DNA from: a virus
UHGV virus genome: UHGV-0171999
Reading direction: 5' to 3' (one strand)
Length of the DNA stretch: 64,000 bases
Part shown: positions 28,521-38,465 of the stretch, in pieces
How the letters are laid out: every line of letters begins with the position of its first letter
Numbering within the stretch: position 1 is the first letter of the stretch
Program-made: the position numbers and the translations under genes
Notes under the pieces: model-generated
Seen by the model: the letters and a program-made list of their open reading frames with translations, nothing else
Told to the model about the DNA's origin: nothing
Databases searched by the model: none

Positions 28521-28841
28521 ATGAATATTGAAAATAAATTAGATATTGATGCAGTTCTGAGTGAAATCATCGAAGACCATGATGCATTTTCAGAAAATTA
28601 TGATTTCGATTTTTCGGATTATCTTAAACCTATCGAAATAGAAGACTGGGTACAAGATGGCAAATGCCAATATCGCCAGTGTGTTTATTTTAGTCCAAAA
28701 CACAATGTACATGTTTCCGTAAATGAATGCCGTTCAGGTTCTTACCATTCTGACTGGTATTATGCAGTTCCGACTGTTGAACTAGTCGAGCCCCGTGAAC
28801 GTGTAGTAACTCAGACAGTACGAGAATGGATTACGCTATAA
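28521..28841 (+). CDS. hypothetical protein
   Basis: 106-aa ORF from the track. Confidence 0.5.
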   Translation: MNIENKLDIDAVLSEIIEDHDAFSENYDFDFSDYLKPIEIEDWVQDGKCQYRQCVYFSPKHNVHVSVNECRSGSYHSDWYYAVPTVELVEPRERVVTQTVREWITL

Positions 28842-28964
28842 AACCTTGGTGGGCGGCTAGATGGGAAACAGTAGAGCCAGAGCCGGAAGAACCGGTTTAC
28901 ACTGATGAAGAAACAGTATATAATGAACCAACGATAAATGACTTAATTGATATGGAGATGGGAC

Positions 28965-29411
28965 ATGATTACAGTAGATAAGTGGTTTAGAATTAATCGT
29001 GCTGATACAGGGCTGTGTAATTACTGGCCGGAACTTAGTGCAGGTACTGTCTTTAAAGTTCGTGAACTTGTAAAAGAATGTGAAGATGATATAGAACCTG
29101 ATACTGGAATTATTGAAATTGAACTTTCTGATGGAAAGATTATTAACATCTACGATAAGCCAATTACGTATTGGTGCTTATGGAATACTGAATCAGTAGA
29201 AAATGGCGAAATTGAAGAAGTTGTAGAACGAACTAGTCAAGATGTTCAAATACCTAAAGCCGCTTTTCAAGGTGAACGTATTTCATATGCATTAGCTAAA
29301 GTGTCATTAAAAAAGGATATTGATGATTATGAAGGAAATTTAATGCAAGCCGCGGCAGAATATATTGAATGGCTTGAAACTCAAATTTCTTTTTCTGACC
29401 GAGCGTTTTAA
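28965..29411 (+). CDS. hypothetical protein, possibly protease inhibitor Pin by position
   Basis: ATG after GGAGA; located immediately upstream of gene 49. Confidence 0.4.
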   Translation: MITVDKWFRINRADTGLCNYWPELSAGTVFKVRELVKECEDDIEPDTGIIEIELSDGKIINIYDKPITYWCLWNTESVENGEIEEVVERTSQDVQIPKAAFQGERISYALAKVSLKKDIDDYEGNLMQAAAEYIEWLETQISFSDRAF

Positions 29412-29459
29412 TACTTGAAATAATAAATACCCTTATCTATTCAAGGTAAGGGTTTTATT

Positions 29460-29933
29460 ATGTTATTGACTGGCAAATTATACAAAGAAGAAAAACAAAA
29501 ATTTTATGATGCACAAAACGGTAAATGCTTAATTTGCCAACGGGAACTAAATCCTGATGTTCAAGCTAATCACCTTGACCATGACCATGAATTAAATGGA
29601 CCGAAAGCTGGAAAGGTGCGTGGATTGCTTTGTAATCTGTGTAATGCTGCGGAAGGTCAAATGAAGCATAAATTTAATCGTTCTGGCTTAAAGGGACAAG
29701 GTGTTGATTATCTTGAATGGCTAGAAAATTTACTTGCTTATTTAAAATCCGATTACACCCAAAATAATATTCACCCTAACTTTGTTGGAGATAAATCAAA
29801 GGAATTTTCTCGTTTAGGAAAAGAGGAAATGATGGCTGAGATGCTTCAAAGAGGATTTGAATATAATGAATCTGACACTAAAACACAATTAATAGCTTCA
29901 TTTAAGAAGCAGCTTAGAAAGAGTTTAAAATGA
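29460..29933 (+). CDS. 49: endonuclease VII (Holliday junction resolvase)
   Basis: MLLTGKLYKEEKQKFYDAQNGKCLICQRELNPD... matches remembered T4 gp49; 157 aa. Confidence 0.9.
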   Translation: MLLTGKLYKEEKQKFYDAQNGKCLICQRELNPDVQANHLDHDHELNGPKAGKVRGLLCNLCNAAEGQMKHKFNRSGLKGQGVDYLEWLENLLAYLKSDYTQNNIHPNFVGDKSKEFSRLGKEEMMAEMLQRGFEYNESDTKTQLIASFKKQLRKSLK

Positions 29934-31747
29934 CAATTGAAAAAGAAATTGAAGGATTGATTCATAAAACTAATAAAGACCTTTTAAACGAGAATGCTAA
30001 TAAAGATTCTCGTGTTTTTCCAACTCAACGGGACCTTATGGCTGGTATTGTGTCTAAACACATTGCCAAAAATATGGTCCCGTCTTTTATTATGAAAGCG
30101 CATGAAAGCGGAATTATCCATTTCCATGATATTGATTATTCCCCTGCTCTTCCATTTACTAATTGCTGTTTAGTAGATTTAAAAGGAATGCTTGAGAACG
30201 GGTTTAAGCTCGGTAATGCACAGATTGAAACTCCTAAATCAATCGGCGTTGCTACTGCAATTATGGCACAAATTACTGCACAGGTTGCTTCCCATCAATA
30301 CGGTGGAACGACTTTTGCGAATGTAGATAAAGTACTTTCTCCTTATGTTAAACGCACCTATGCAAAACATATTGAGGATGCAGAAAAATGGCAAATCGCT
30401 GATGCGTTGAATTATGCCCAATCTAAAACAGAAAAAGACGTATACGATGCATTCCAAGCTTATGAATATGAAGTAAATACTCTCTTTAGTTCAAACGGAC
30501 AGACTCCTTTTGTAACAATTACATTTGGTACGGGAACTGACTGGACTGAACGAATGATTCAGAAAGCAATTCTGAAAAATCGCATTAAAGGTCTCGGTCG
30601 TGATGGGATAACTCCTATTTTTCCTAAGCTCGTTATGTTCGTTGAAGAAGGTGTTAATCTTTATAAAGACGATCCGAACTATGATATTAAGCAGCTTGCT
30701 CTAGAGTGTGCAAGCAAAAGAATGTATCCTGATATTATTTCAGCTAAGAACAATAAAGCTATCACCGGCTCATCTATTCCTGTTTCTCCAATGGGTTGTC
30801 GTAGTTTCTTGAGCGTATGGAAAGATTCGACTGGTAATGAAATTCTTGATGGACGTAATAATCTTGGTGTTGTAACACTGAATCTTCCTCGTATTGCGTT
30901 AGATTCTTATATTGGAACACAATTCAATGAACAGAAATTTGTTGAGCTATTTAATGAACGAATGGATCTGTGTTTTGAAGCATTGATGTGCAGAATTAGT
31001 TCCTTAAAAGGAGTTAAAGCGACTGTTGCTCCTATTCTTTACCAAGAAGGTGCATTCGGGGTTCGTCTTAAACCTGATGACGACATAATTGAGTTATTTA
31101 AAAACGGTAGAAGTTCAGTGTCCCTAGGATACATTGGTATTCACGAATTGAATATTCTTGTCGGTCGTGATATTGGACAGGAAATTTTAACTAAAATGAA
31201 TGCTCGTCTTAAGCAGTGGACTGAAAGAACCGGTTTTGCTTTTAGCTTGTATTCTACTCCTGCTGAAAACCTTTGTTATCGCTTCTGTAAACTTGATACT
31301 GAAAAATATGGAAGCGTAAAAGATGTTACTGATAAAGGTTGGTACACTAATAGTTTCCATGTTTCAGTAGAAGAAAATATTACTCCGTTTGAAAAGATTT
31401 CTCGCGAAGCCCCATATCATTTCATTGCAACAGGTGGTCACATTTCTTATGTTGAACTTCCTGATATGAAAAATAACTTAAAAGGTCTTGAGGCTGTATG
31501 GGATTATGCTGCACAACATTTAGATTATTTTGGCGTTAACATGCCAGTAGATAAATGTTTTACATGCGGAAGCACCCATGAAATGACTCCAACCGAGAAC
31601 GGATTTGTTTGTTCTATTTGTGGAGAAACTGATCCTAAAAAGATGAATACCATAAGAAGAACATGCGGATATCTTGGAACTCCTAGCGTTGTTCCATGGA
31701 ATTTAGGTAAAATGAAAGAAATGGTAAAACGAGTAAAACATGCATAG
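29930..31747 (+). CDS. nrdD: anaerobic ribonucleoside-triphosphate reductase NrdD, uninterrupted
   Basis: 605-aa continuous ORF; C-terminal glycyl-radical motif RRTCGYLG and Cys cluster. Confidence 0.9.
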   Translation: MTIEKEIEGLIHKTNKDLLNENANKDSRVFPTQRDLMAGIVSKHIAKNMVPSFIMKAHESGIIHFHDIDYSPALPFTNCCLVDLKGMLENGFKLGNAQIETPKSIGVATAIMAQITAQVASHQYGGTTFANVDKVLSPYVKRTYAKHIEDAEKWQIADALNYAQSKTEKDVYDAFQAYEYEVNTLFSSNGQTPFVTITFGTGTDWTERMIQKAILKNRIKGLGRDGITPIFPKLVMFVEEGVNLYKDDPNYDIKQLALECASKRMYPDIISAKNNKAITGSSIPVSPMGCRSFLSVWKDSTGNEILDGRNNLGVVTLNLPRIALDSYIGTQFNEQKFVELFNERMDLCFEALMCRISSLKGVKATVAPILYQEGAFGVRLKPDDDIIELFKNGRSSVSLGYIGIHELNILVGRDIGQEILTKMNARLKQWTERTGFAFSLYSTPAENLCYRFCKLDTEKYGSVKDVTDKGWYTNSFHVSVEENITPFEKISREAPYHFIATGGHISYVELPDMKNNLKGLEAVWDYAAQHLDYFGVNMPVDKCFTCGSTHEMTPTENGFVCSICGETDPKKMNTIRRTCGYLGTPSVVPWNLGKMKEMVKRVKHA

Positions 31748-32570
31748 GTATTATATAATTTATAAAATAACAAATATAATTAATTCAAAGGAATATATCG
31801 GTGCGCATAGCACCGATAACATAAATGATGGTTATATGGGGTCAGGAACATTGATTCGTGCCGCTTTATTAAAATATGGTAGAAAAAATTTTAATAAAGA
31901 AATTTTACATGTTTTTGATAATGAAAAACAAATGTATGATAAAGAAGCTGAACTTGTAACCGAAGAGTATTGTCTAAAAGAAAATACATATAATATTAAA
32001 CCCGGTGGAAAAGGTGGAACTGCGTATGAACAGACACTTGAACATCGCCGCAAAAATAGTTTAGCAAATAAAGGTAAAAAGAGAACAGAAGAAACTAAAA
32101 TAGCTATTTCACGTGCTTTAAAGAAATATAAACGTACGCCAGAGCATCAAGCAAATTTAAATAAAGCCGTAAGCATAGCTATGAAGCGAAAAGATGTTAG
32201 AAGTAAATTAGCTGGAGAGCGGTCTGAGAAAGATAAATTATCTATATCAAACGGTGTTAAAAAATATTACAATTCTTTGAGTGAAGAAGAACGCGAACTT
32301 CATCGCAAGCGAATTATTGAAGGTAAAAAGAATTCTCCCATGTCATTGGAATCTAGACAAAAGCTTTCAAAAGCTTTAAAAGGACTTCAAGTTGGTTCAA
32401 AAAATCCAATGTATGGAAAAATTTCTCCAACTAGCAAAACCGTTTCAGTTGACGGTATTAAATATGATTCAATTAAAAAGTGCTCAAATGCAATAAAAGT
32501 TTCTAGACATCTTATACTAAAACGCTGTAATTCTACTGATGAAGCTTGGAAAAATTGGATATTATTATGA
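31740..32570 (+). mobile_element. free-standing GIY-YIG homing endonuclease gene (Seg-like)
   Basis: 276-aa ORF with GIY-YIG motifs (YIIYKITN...KEYIG...GSG) and basic repeat C-terminal DNA-binding region; overlaps nrdD stop and nrdG start. Confidence 0.75.
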
Positions 32571-33037
32571 ATTATGATAGATTTTATCCCTGCGATTTTG
32601 TGAATGGCCCTGGATGCAGGGTTGTTCTTTTCGTTACGGGGTGTTTGCATAAATGCGAAGGGTGTTATAATAAATCAACGTGGAATGCTAGAAATGGCGT
32701 TCCATTCACTGGTGAAACACTAGAACAATTAATTGAATGTTTGAATAATGATTATATAGAAGGATTAACTATAACCGGAGGTGACCCTCTTTATCCTGAT
32801 AACAGAGACGTGATTCACTCTGTGGTTCAAACTATTAAAAATCTTTATCCAAATAAAAGCATTTGGTTGTGGACAGGATATAAGTTTGAAGATATTAAAC
32901 AACTAGAAATGCTTAAATATGTTGATGTTATTATTGATGGGAAGTATGAGAAAAATCTTCCGACCAAAAAGCTGTGGCGAGGATCAGATAATCAGCGACT
33001 TTGGTCAAATACCGATGGGGTGTGGAAACATGATTAA
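32567..33037 (+). CDS. nrdG: anaerobic RNR activating protein NrdG
   Basis: MNYDRFYPCDFVNGPGCRVVLFVTGCLHKCEGC radical-SAM motif; 156 aa from internal ATG. Confidence 0.9.
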   Translation: MNYDRFYPCDFVNGPGCRVVLFVTGCLHKCEGCYNKSTWNARNGVPFTGETLEQLIECLNNDYIEGLTITGGDPLYPDNRDVIHSVVQTIKNLYPNKSIWLWTGYKFEDIKQLEMLKYVDVIIDGKYEKNLPTKKLWRGSDNQRLWSNTDGVWKHD

Positions 33038-33151
33038 ATTGAATTATATTATGGACACTATAAATGATATGATTTTTCATTTTGGTCCAGAATTTTATTC
33101 GCAATATAGTTTAGTGCTTATCAATGCTTGGTTAATCAATTAAGGGTAAAT

Positions 33152-33364
33152 ATGTATAAATTTCGTAAAGGTTTAGCTGATTTTCTTACAACCGTAACAT
33201 TCTTTTTGTTTATGGCAGTTGGAGCTATTTTCCTTATTCCTTTTATTGCTATATTTTTCGTGATTAGTTTGATTTCTCCAGAAAAAGGACTATCTTCTAG
33301 TGAGTTCAATGAGCGTCTGGATAAAATTACTAACAAGCTGAATGCTGCTCTTAGTAAGGAATAG
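33152..33364 (+). CDS. small membrane protein
   Basis: 70 aa, hydrophobic core. Confidence 0.5.
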   Translation: MYKFRKGLADFLTTVTFFLFMAVGAIFLIPFIAIFFVISLISPEKGLSSSEFNERLDKITNKLNAALSKE

Positions 33365-33366
33365 TT

Positions 33367-33675
33367 GTGAAACAAAACAAGATTGAAGTCTATGGAATTC
33401 CAGATGAAGTAGGTCGTTGTCCTGGATGTCAATCAGTTACAAAACTTCTAAAGGAGCTCAATGCTCCTTTTACTTTCTATAAAGTTCTTACAAATAATGG
33501 TAAGATTGAGTATGATCGTCCACTGATTGTATCTCTTGCTAAACGAGCTGGATTCACATCTCTTAACATTCGTTATCCAGTCATTTTCATTAATGATTCT
33601 AGACAAAAGAACATTAAACACTTCAAAGAAACTCTCATTTCACTTGGATATGATAGAGATATCATAGAAGACTAA
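33367..33675 (+). CDS. nrdH: glutaredoxin-like protein NrdH
   Basis: CPGC motif; 102 aa; apparent GTG start. Confidence 0.75.
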   Translation: MKQNKIEVYGIPDEVGRCPGCQSVTKLLKELNAPFTFYKVLTNNGKIEYDRPLIVSLAKRAGFTSLNIRYPVIFINDSRQKNIKHFKETLISLGYDRDIIED

Positions 33676-33677
33676 GA

Positions 33678-33700
33678 CGGGCCCTCTGGGCCTTTCTTTC
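33678..33700 (+). terminator. hairpin followed by T-rich tract
   Basis: GGGCCCTCTGGGCC then TTTCTTTC. Confidence 0.4.
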
Positions 33701-33771
33701 TAACATTCTGTATATTACCATTCTAACTATCGTTCCCTTCTTATCATTCCCTAAAATAATTTCACAAAGTT

Positions 33772-33801
33772 GTTTACAAGAAGTTCAAACTGTGGTATTA
33801 T
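33772..33801 (+). promoter_or_regulatory. T4 early promoter
   Basis: GTTTAC, 18-nt spacer, TGGTATTAT. Confidence 0.6.
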
Positions 33802-33831
33802 TAACATATGAATTGCCTTTGAGGATTTGAT

Positions 33832-34008
33832 ATGGTTGATAAAGAGATTAAAAAGGATCAGTATTATCGTGTTAACGGACATATTGTTATTGTTACAACA
33901 GTAGATGATTTAGATGTTCATTATACTGTACTTAAATGGAATAAACATATGATTTGTGATCGTGCTGTATTTAGTTCAGTTGCTAAGGAAATTAAACTTC
34001 ATGGGTAA
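33832..34008 (+). CDS. small hypothetical protein
   Basis: 58-aa ORF after GAGGA (below track threshold). Confidence 0.45.
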   Translation: MVDKEIKKDQYYRVNGHIVIVTTVDDLDVHYTVLKWNKHMICDRAVFSSVAKEIKLHG

Positions 34009-34294
34009 AACGTATCGTCGTAAAGACTTAAAAGTGCGTGATTATGACTATTTCGGAAAGCGTAAAGCTCCTGATGGTGTAAGTCATAAAGATATGGTTG
34101 AAAACATTTTTCGCTCTGATAAATGGCGTAGAATGAAAGGCATTGATTCAGAAGTTAAAGATGAGTTAAATCGTCAATTACGTGGTGAAGTAAGAAAGTT
34201 GAAAAAATCAGTTTACATTGACGATGATTTTGATTACAATACTTCTCAACGAGTTGCTAAGCGTAAATCAAACGAGTGCTATCGTTACAGCTGA
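34001..34294 (+). CDS. basic hypothetical protein
   Basis: Internal ATG (MGKTYRRK...) of track ORF 33956..34294. Confidence 0.5.
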   Translation: MGKTYRRKDLKVRDYDYFGKRKAPDGVSHKDMVENIFRSDKWRRMKGIDSEVKDELNRQLRGEVRKLKKSVYIDDDFDYNTSQRVAKRKSNECYRYS

Positions 34295-34301
34295 GGAAAA
34301 T

Positions 34302-34433
34302 ATGAATATCAAACGCATGCTTTTTAAACAAGGATTATACACTTTAAATGTTGCTCCAAAGGGCGATACGACCAAGTGGTCAGTAAATGACTGGATTAAA
34401 TTTATTGATGAAAACGGTAACTGGAAAATTTAA
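34302..34433 (+). CDS. small hypothetical protein
   Basis: 43-aa ORF after GAGGAAAA. Confidence 0.35.
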   Translation: MNIKRMLFKQGLYTLNVAPKGDTTKWSVNDWIKFIDENGNWKI

Positions 34434-34634
34434 ATGAATCCTGAATCTAAATTATCGCAACGAATTGCTGAAGCTCGTCGTCAGTTCTTTGAAAATATGA
34501 TAGCCCAAGGTATTGATGACGAAGTTTTTCTAAACTGGTTTTGGAATCACAAATATTCAAGTTGCTCAGGAGCAATATTAATATCAGCCGCAATGATGTA
34601 CGAAGGCTGGAAGGGTGCCAAACAGTTTAGCTAA
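34434..34634 (+). CDS. hypothetical protein
   Basis: 66-aa ORF followed by terminator. Confidence 0.5.
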   Translation: MNPESKLSQRIAEARRQFFENMIAQGIDDEVFLNWFWNHKYSSCSGAILISAAMMYEGWKGAKQFS

Positions 34635-34652
34635 GGGCTTCGGCCCTTTTTT
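34634..34652 (+). terminator. intrinsic terminator, UUCG-tetraloop hairpin plus T-run
   Basis: AGGGCTTCGGCCCTTTTTT. Confidence 0.7.
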
Positions 34653-34687
34653 GGATAATAAAATTTTAATGCAATTGAGGATAATGT

Positions 34688-35014
34688 ATGACTATTCAAA
34701 TTAAAAACGCCATCAATTCTTACGCATATGATAAAGTAGTTTCTTTGCTAGAAAAAGGCGATATTGTAACTCCTCAAATTTTGGATAAATGGGAAAAAGA
34801 GCTTCATCAGACGATGAAACAGAATGATCAGAAAATTGGACGCAATACTGTCCGCGAATTGTTGGTTCAATATATCTTGTCAGAATTTGATGTTAAAGCT
34901 TTTGGTGTAGAATCTAAAGCTTATCAAAAGCATGAAATTTCCGATAAGACTATTCGTCGCATGAAAAATCAACGTAAGAAAAAATTTGCAGACCTGAAAA
35001 TTACTAAGGTATGA
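34688..35014 (+). CDS. hypothetical protein
   Basis: 108-aa ORF. Confidence 0.55.
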   Translation: MTIQIKNAINSYAYDKVVSLLEKGDIVTPQILDKWEKELHQTMKQNDQKIGRNTVRELLVQYILSEFDVKAFGVESKAYQKHEISDKTIRRMKNQRKKKFADLKITKV

Positions 35015-35232
35015 ATATGAACGAAGCTCTTATTAACGATTTGCGTCTTGCTGGATATGAAGTAAATACAAATGACATTGGTTTAACTCAAATTGAAGGA
35101 AACGGATTCATCCTTGAGTATGAATTTAGCCAATGGTGGTTATATGCCAATTACGGCGAATTGATTGAATACGTTGACCAATTTGATTCACTAGATGCAG
35201 CTCTTGGAGCGGCTAAGTTGATGAATGTATGA
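35011..35232 (+). CDS. hypothetical protein
   Basis: 73-aa ORF. Confidence 0.5.
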   Translation: MNMNEALINDLRLAGYEVNTNDIGLTQIEGNGFILEYEFSQWWLYANYGELIEYVDQFDSLDAALGAAKLMNV

Positions 35233-35498
35233 AATTTATTAATATTTCTATTACTATTGAAAATTATGGAATTTTCTATGTTGACCAATATATGAAAATT
35301 TCATTTTTCCCAAATAAGACTGGTGTTGGATATTGGGAAAGCCATGTTTCTGAATTAAATGAAAGTGAATATGTTAGTACACATGAAAAGTTTTTAGACT
35401 TTTTATATCATGCTGATTTAACTAGTCATTACATAGATATTCATGAATTTAAAAAGATGATGGAGAAAGTGTTCCAAGCATACTGCTTACTTAGATAA
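35229..35498 (+). CDS. hypothetical protein
   Basis: 89-aa ORF. Confidence 0.5.
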   Translation: MKFINISITIENYGIFYVDQYMKISFFPNKTGVGYWESHVSELNESEYVSTHEKFLDFLYHADLTSHYIDIHEFKKMMEKVFQAYCLLR

Positions 35499-35576
35499 CT
35501 GATATCCTCTATGCTTTAAGATAGATCTTCAAATATTATGATATAATAGATCTATGAATTGAGCTAAGAGGTGAAA

Positions 35577-36134
35577 ATGTCAGAAACTAAGCCTAAATAT
35601 AATTACGTAAACAATAAAGAGCTTTTACAAGCTATTATTGATTGGAAAACAGAATTAGCAAATAATAAAGACCCAAATAAAGTAGTTCGTCAGAATGATA
35701 CTATCGGATTAGCCATTATGCTTATTGCAGAAGGCTTATCTAAACGTTTCAACTTTTCAGGATACACCCAATCCTGGAAACAAGAAATGATTGCAGATGG
35801 CATAGAAGCTTCTATTAAGGGGCTTCATAATTTTGATGAAACGAAATATAAAAACCCACATGCATATATAACTCAAGCTTGTTTTAATGCATTCGTCCAA
35901 CGTATTAAAAAAGAACGTAAGGAAGTTGCAAAGAAATATAGTTACTTCGTTCACAATGTCTATGACAGTCGTGACGACGATATGGTTGCGTTAGTAGATG
36001 AAACTTTTATTCAAGACATTTACGATAAAATGACGCATTACGAAGAATCAACCTATAGAACACCAGGGGCTGAAAAGAAAAGTGTTGTAGACGATTCTCC
36101 TAGTTTGGATTTTTTATATGAGGCTAACGATTAA
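35577..36134 (+). CDS. 55: late transcription sigma factor gp55
   Basis: [33 protein letters not shown]... matches remembered T4 gp55; 185 aa. Confidence 0.9.
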
Positions 36135-36336
36135 CCTCTCCGGATTCTTGGAAGAAATACCTGAAGTTGAAGCTATTCCCTATTTACTTAAAATGTATCT
36201 CAGGGAAGTTTTAGCTCTTGACATTGATATTGATCCAGAAAATCCGTATGATACCGCTTTTAAATCTAATGGTGTAGAATTAAACTATCGGTATCATTTA
36301 ACAGATGATGATTTTTATTTTATATTAGAGAAATAA
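36118..36336 (+). CDS. hypothetical protein
   Basis: 72-aa ORF overlapping gene 55 3' end. Confidence 0.45.
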
Positions 36337-36337
36337 T

Positions 36338-36655
36338 ATGACTGATAAACCCGAAATTAATGATGAAGTGGAAAAGCTTATTTCTTCTATTGAAGAAAAG
36401 AACCGTCTTGAAGCAGAAAGAAAAGCAAATAAGTTATTGTCTAAAAATAAACGTGAACTGAACCGTCTTTATAAGCACGCTCAGATTGCAGCTGAAAACA
36501 ATAATTTTGCTCAATACGAATATGCTATCAAGAAAAGTCGGGATATTCTAAAACAGCCATATAACGATGAACTTATTAGTATTCTTTGGAAGACTACTAG
36601 ATCGCAGATTGAGGATATGATTGATGCTTACACACGTAAAATTCAAGCGTCTTAA
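36338..36655 (+). CDS. hypothetical protein
   Basis: 105-aa ORF. Confidence 0.5.
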   Translation: MTDKPEINDEVEKLISSIEEKNRLEAERKANKLLSKNKRELNRLYKHAQIAAENNNFAQYEYAIKKSRDILKQPYNDELISILWKTTRSQIEDMIDAYTRKIQAS

Positions 36656-36827
36656 AATTAATGCAGGATTTACTGAATCTTTGAATGGTCATCTTTGCGT
36701 GAAAATTTCTGAAAAAGAATACCATGATAGTTCAATCAAAGAAGTTAATCCTCCTATTGTAAGAGCAGACCCTAATATGAAAGTGTGGGTTGATTCTTAT
36801 CAAGTCAAAAAATGGTGGCAGTTATGA
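36621..36827 (+). CDS. hypothetical protein
   Basis: 68-aa ORF. Confidence 0.45.
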   Translation: MMLTHVKFKRLKINAGFTESLNGHLCVKISEKEYHDSSIKEVNPPIVRADPNMKVWVDSYQVKKWWQL

Positions 36828-36830
36828 AAG

Positions 36831-37004
36831 ATGAACACCCAGACTTCTGAAATAGATTATAACAAAATTCGTTCCTCTAAAGTAGAAATGATGAGACGCT
36901 TTAAAGAGGCTCACGATAAAGCTAAAGCAGAAGGAACTATAACATATAAGCGTATAAAATTTAGAAGCTCTAATGAGCCTCTGTATGGTGTATTATGTGG
37001 ATAG
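36831..37004 (+). CDS. small hypothetical protein
   Basis: 57-aa ORF (below track threshold) ending at terminator hairpin. Confidence 0.4.
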   Translation: MNTQTSEIDYNKIRSSKVEMMRRFKEAHDKAKAEGTITYKRIKFRSSNEPLYGVLCG

Positions 37005-37019
37005 GAGCTTCGGCTCCTA
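37002..37019 (+). terminator. UUCG-tetraloop hairpin
   Basis: TAGGAGCTTCGGCTCCTA. Confidence 0.55.
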
Positions 37020-37020
37020 T

Positions 37021-37046
37021 ATTGCTTTATAAATTTTTGGTAAAAT
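37021..37046 (+). promoter_or_regulatory. candidate T4 middle promoter (MotA box) for a-gt
   Basis: TTGCTTTAT, about 11 nt, TAAAAT. Confidence 0.4.
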
Positions 37047-37070
37047 AAACCAAAACAATGAGGATATTAA

Positions 37071-38285
37071 ATGAAAGTATGTATTTTTATGGCTCGAGGT
37101 CTTGAAGGTTGCGGTGTAACTAAATTTTCTCTTGAGCAGCGTGATTGGTTTATTAAAAATGGTCATGAAGTAACTTTGGTTTATGCTAAAGATAAATCAT
37201 TTACCCGTAATTGCGCGCATGATTATAAATCATTTTCAATTCCGGTTTTATTGGCAAAAGAATACGATAAAACGCTTAAGTTGGTAAATGATTGTGATAT
37301 TCTAATTATCAATTCAGTTCCTGCTACTTCAGTCGAAGAAGACACAATTAATAACTATAAAAAAATTATTGATAACATTAAACCTTCGGTTCGTGTTGTA
37401 GTTTATCAACATGACCATTCTTCTCTTTCTTTGCGCCGAAATTTGGGATTAGAAGAAACTGTTCGTCGAGCTGATGTTATTTTTAGTCATTCTGACAATG
37501 GTGACTTTAATAAAGTTTTAATGAAAGAATGGTATCCGGAAACTGTTTCTCTGTTTGATGATATTGAAGAAGCACCGACTGTATATAACTTCCAGCCTCC
37601 TATGGATATTGCGAAGGTTCGATCAACCTACTGGAAAGATGTTTCTGAAATTAACATGAATATCAACCGTTGGATTGGTCGTACGACTACATGGAAAGGT
37701 TTTTATCAGATGTTTGATTTTCACGAAAAACATCTTAAACCTGCAGGACTAAGTACTATTATGGAAGGTTTGGAACGTTCTCCAGCGTTCATTCCTATTA
37801 AAGAAAAAGGAATTCCAAAAGGAATTCCATACGAGTATTATCGTCTTCATCAAGTAGACCAAATTAAAATTGCTCCTAATTTGCCGACGCAAATTCTCGA
37901 CCGTTATGTAAATAGCGAAATGCTTGAACGCATGAGTAAATCCGGATTTGGTTATCAGCTGAGTAAGTTGGACAAAAAATATCTACAGCGTTCTTTAGAA
38001 TACACTCATCTCGAGCTTGGTGCATGCGGAACAATTCCAGTATTTTGGAAATCTACTGGTGAAAATTTAAAATTCCGTGTTGATAATACTCCATTAATTT
38101 CTCATGATAGCGGTATCGTTTGGTTTGATGAAAATGACATGGAATCAACATTTGAGCGTATTAAAGAACTGTCATCTGACCGAGCTCTTTATGACCGTGA
38201 ACGTGAAAAAGCTTATGAATTTTTGTATCAGCATCAAGATTCAAGCTTCTGTTTTAAAGAACAGTTTGACATTATTACAAAATAA
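37071..38285 (+). CDS. agt: DNA alpha-glucosyltransferase
   Basis: MKVCIFMARGLEGCGVTKFSLEQRDWFIKNGHEVTLVYAKD... matches remembered T4 alpha-gt; 404 aa. Confidence 0.9.
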   Translation: MKVCIFMARGLEGCGVTKFSLEQRDWFIKNGHEVTLVYAKDKSFTRNCAHDYKSFSIPVLLAKEYDKTLKLVNDCDILIINSVPATSVEEDTINNYKKIIDNIKPSVRVVVYQHDHSSLSLRRNLGLEETVRRADVIFSHSDNGDFNKVLMKEWYPETVSLFDDIEEAPTVYNFQPPMDIAKVRSTYWKDVSEINMNINRWIGRTTTWKGFYQMFDFHEKHLKPAGLSTIMEGLERSPAFIPIKEKGIPKGIPYEYYRLHQVDQIKIAPNLPTQILDRYVNSEMLERMSKSGFGYQLSKLDKKYLQRSLEYTHLELGACGTIPVFWKSTGENLKFRVDNTPLISHDSGIVWFDENDMESTFERIKELSSDRALYDREREKAYEFLYQHQDSSFCFKEQFDIITK

Positions 38286-38301
38286 AGGGCTTCGGCCCTT
38301 T
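38284..38301 (+). terminator. UUCG-tetraloop hairpin
   Basis: AAAGGGCTTCGGCCCTTT. Confidence 0.6.
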
Positions 38302-38324
38302 AGCTTTATACGGAGTTTGATATA

Positions 38325-38465
38325 ATGATATTTCTTGGATATGTGATACTTTTTCTGGCGTTTTATTTGTTCACCAGAGCATGTTGGATTGGGTTCTTTA
38401 GTACTCCAGATGGATTTATTTCAATAATTTTATTTTGCATTTCAATGACGGTTCTTGATATATGA
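38325..38465 (+). CDS. small hydrophobic membrane protein (47.1-like)
   Basis: 46-aa ORF, stop overlaps gene 47 ATG. Confidence 0.4.
   Translation: MIFLGYVILFLAFYLFTRACWIGFFSTPDGFISIILFCISMTVLDI

Noticed and set aside
28842-28964. Apparent open reading frame across the spacer before ORF 28965
   Set aside because: My base-by-base reading disagreed with the ORF track by one nucleotide at the 28800/28801 line boundary, so the apparent read-through is probably my reading error.
29930-31747. Group I intron in nrdD (expected from T4)
   Set aside because: nrdD is a single continuous 605-aa frame with no interruption; no intron evident.
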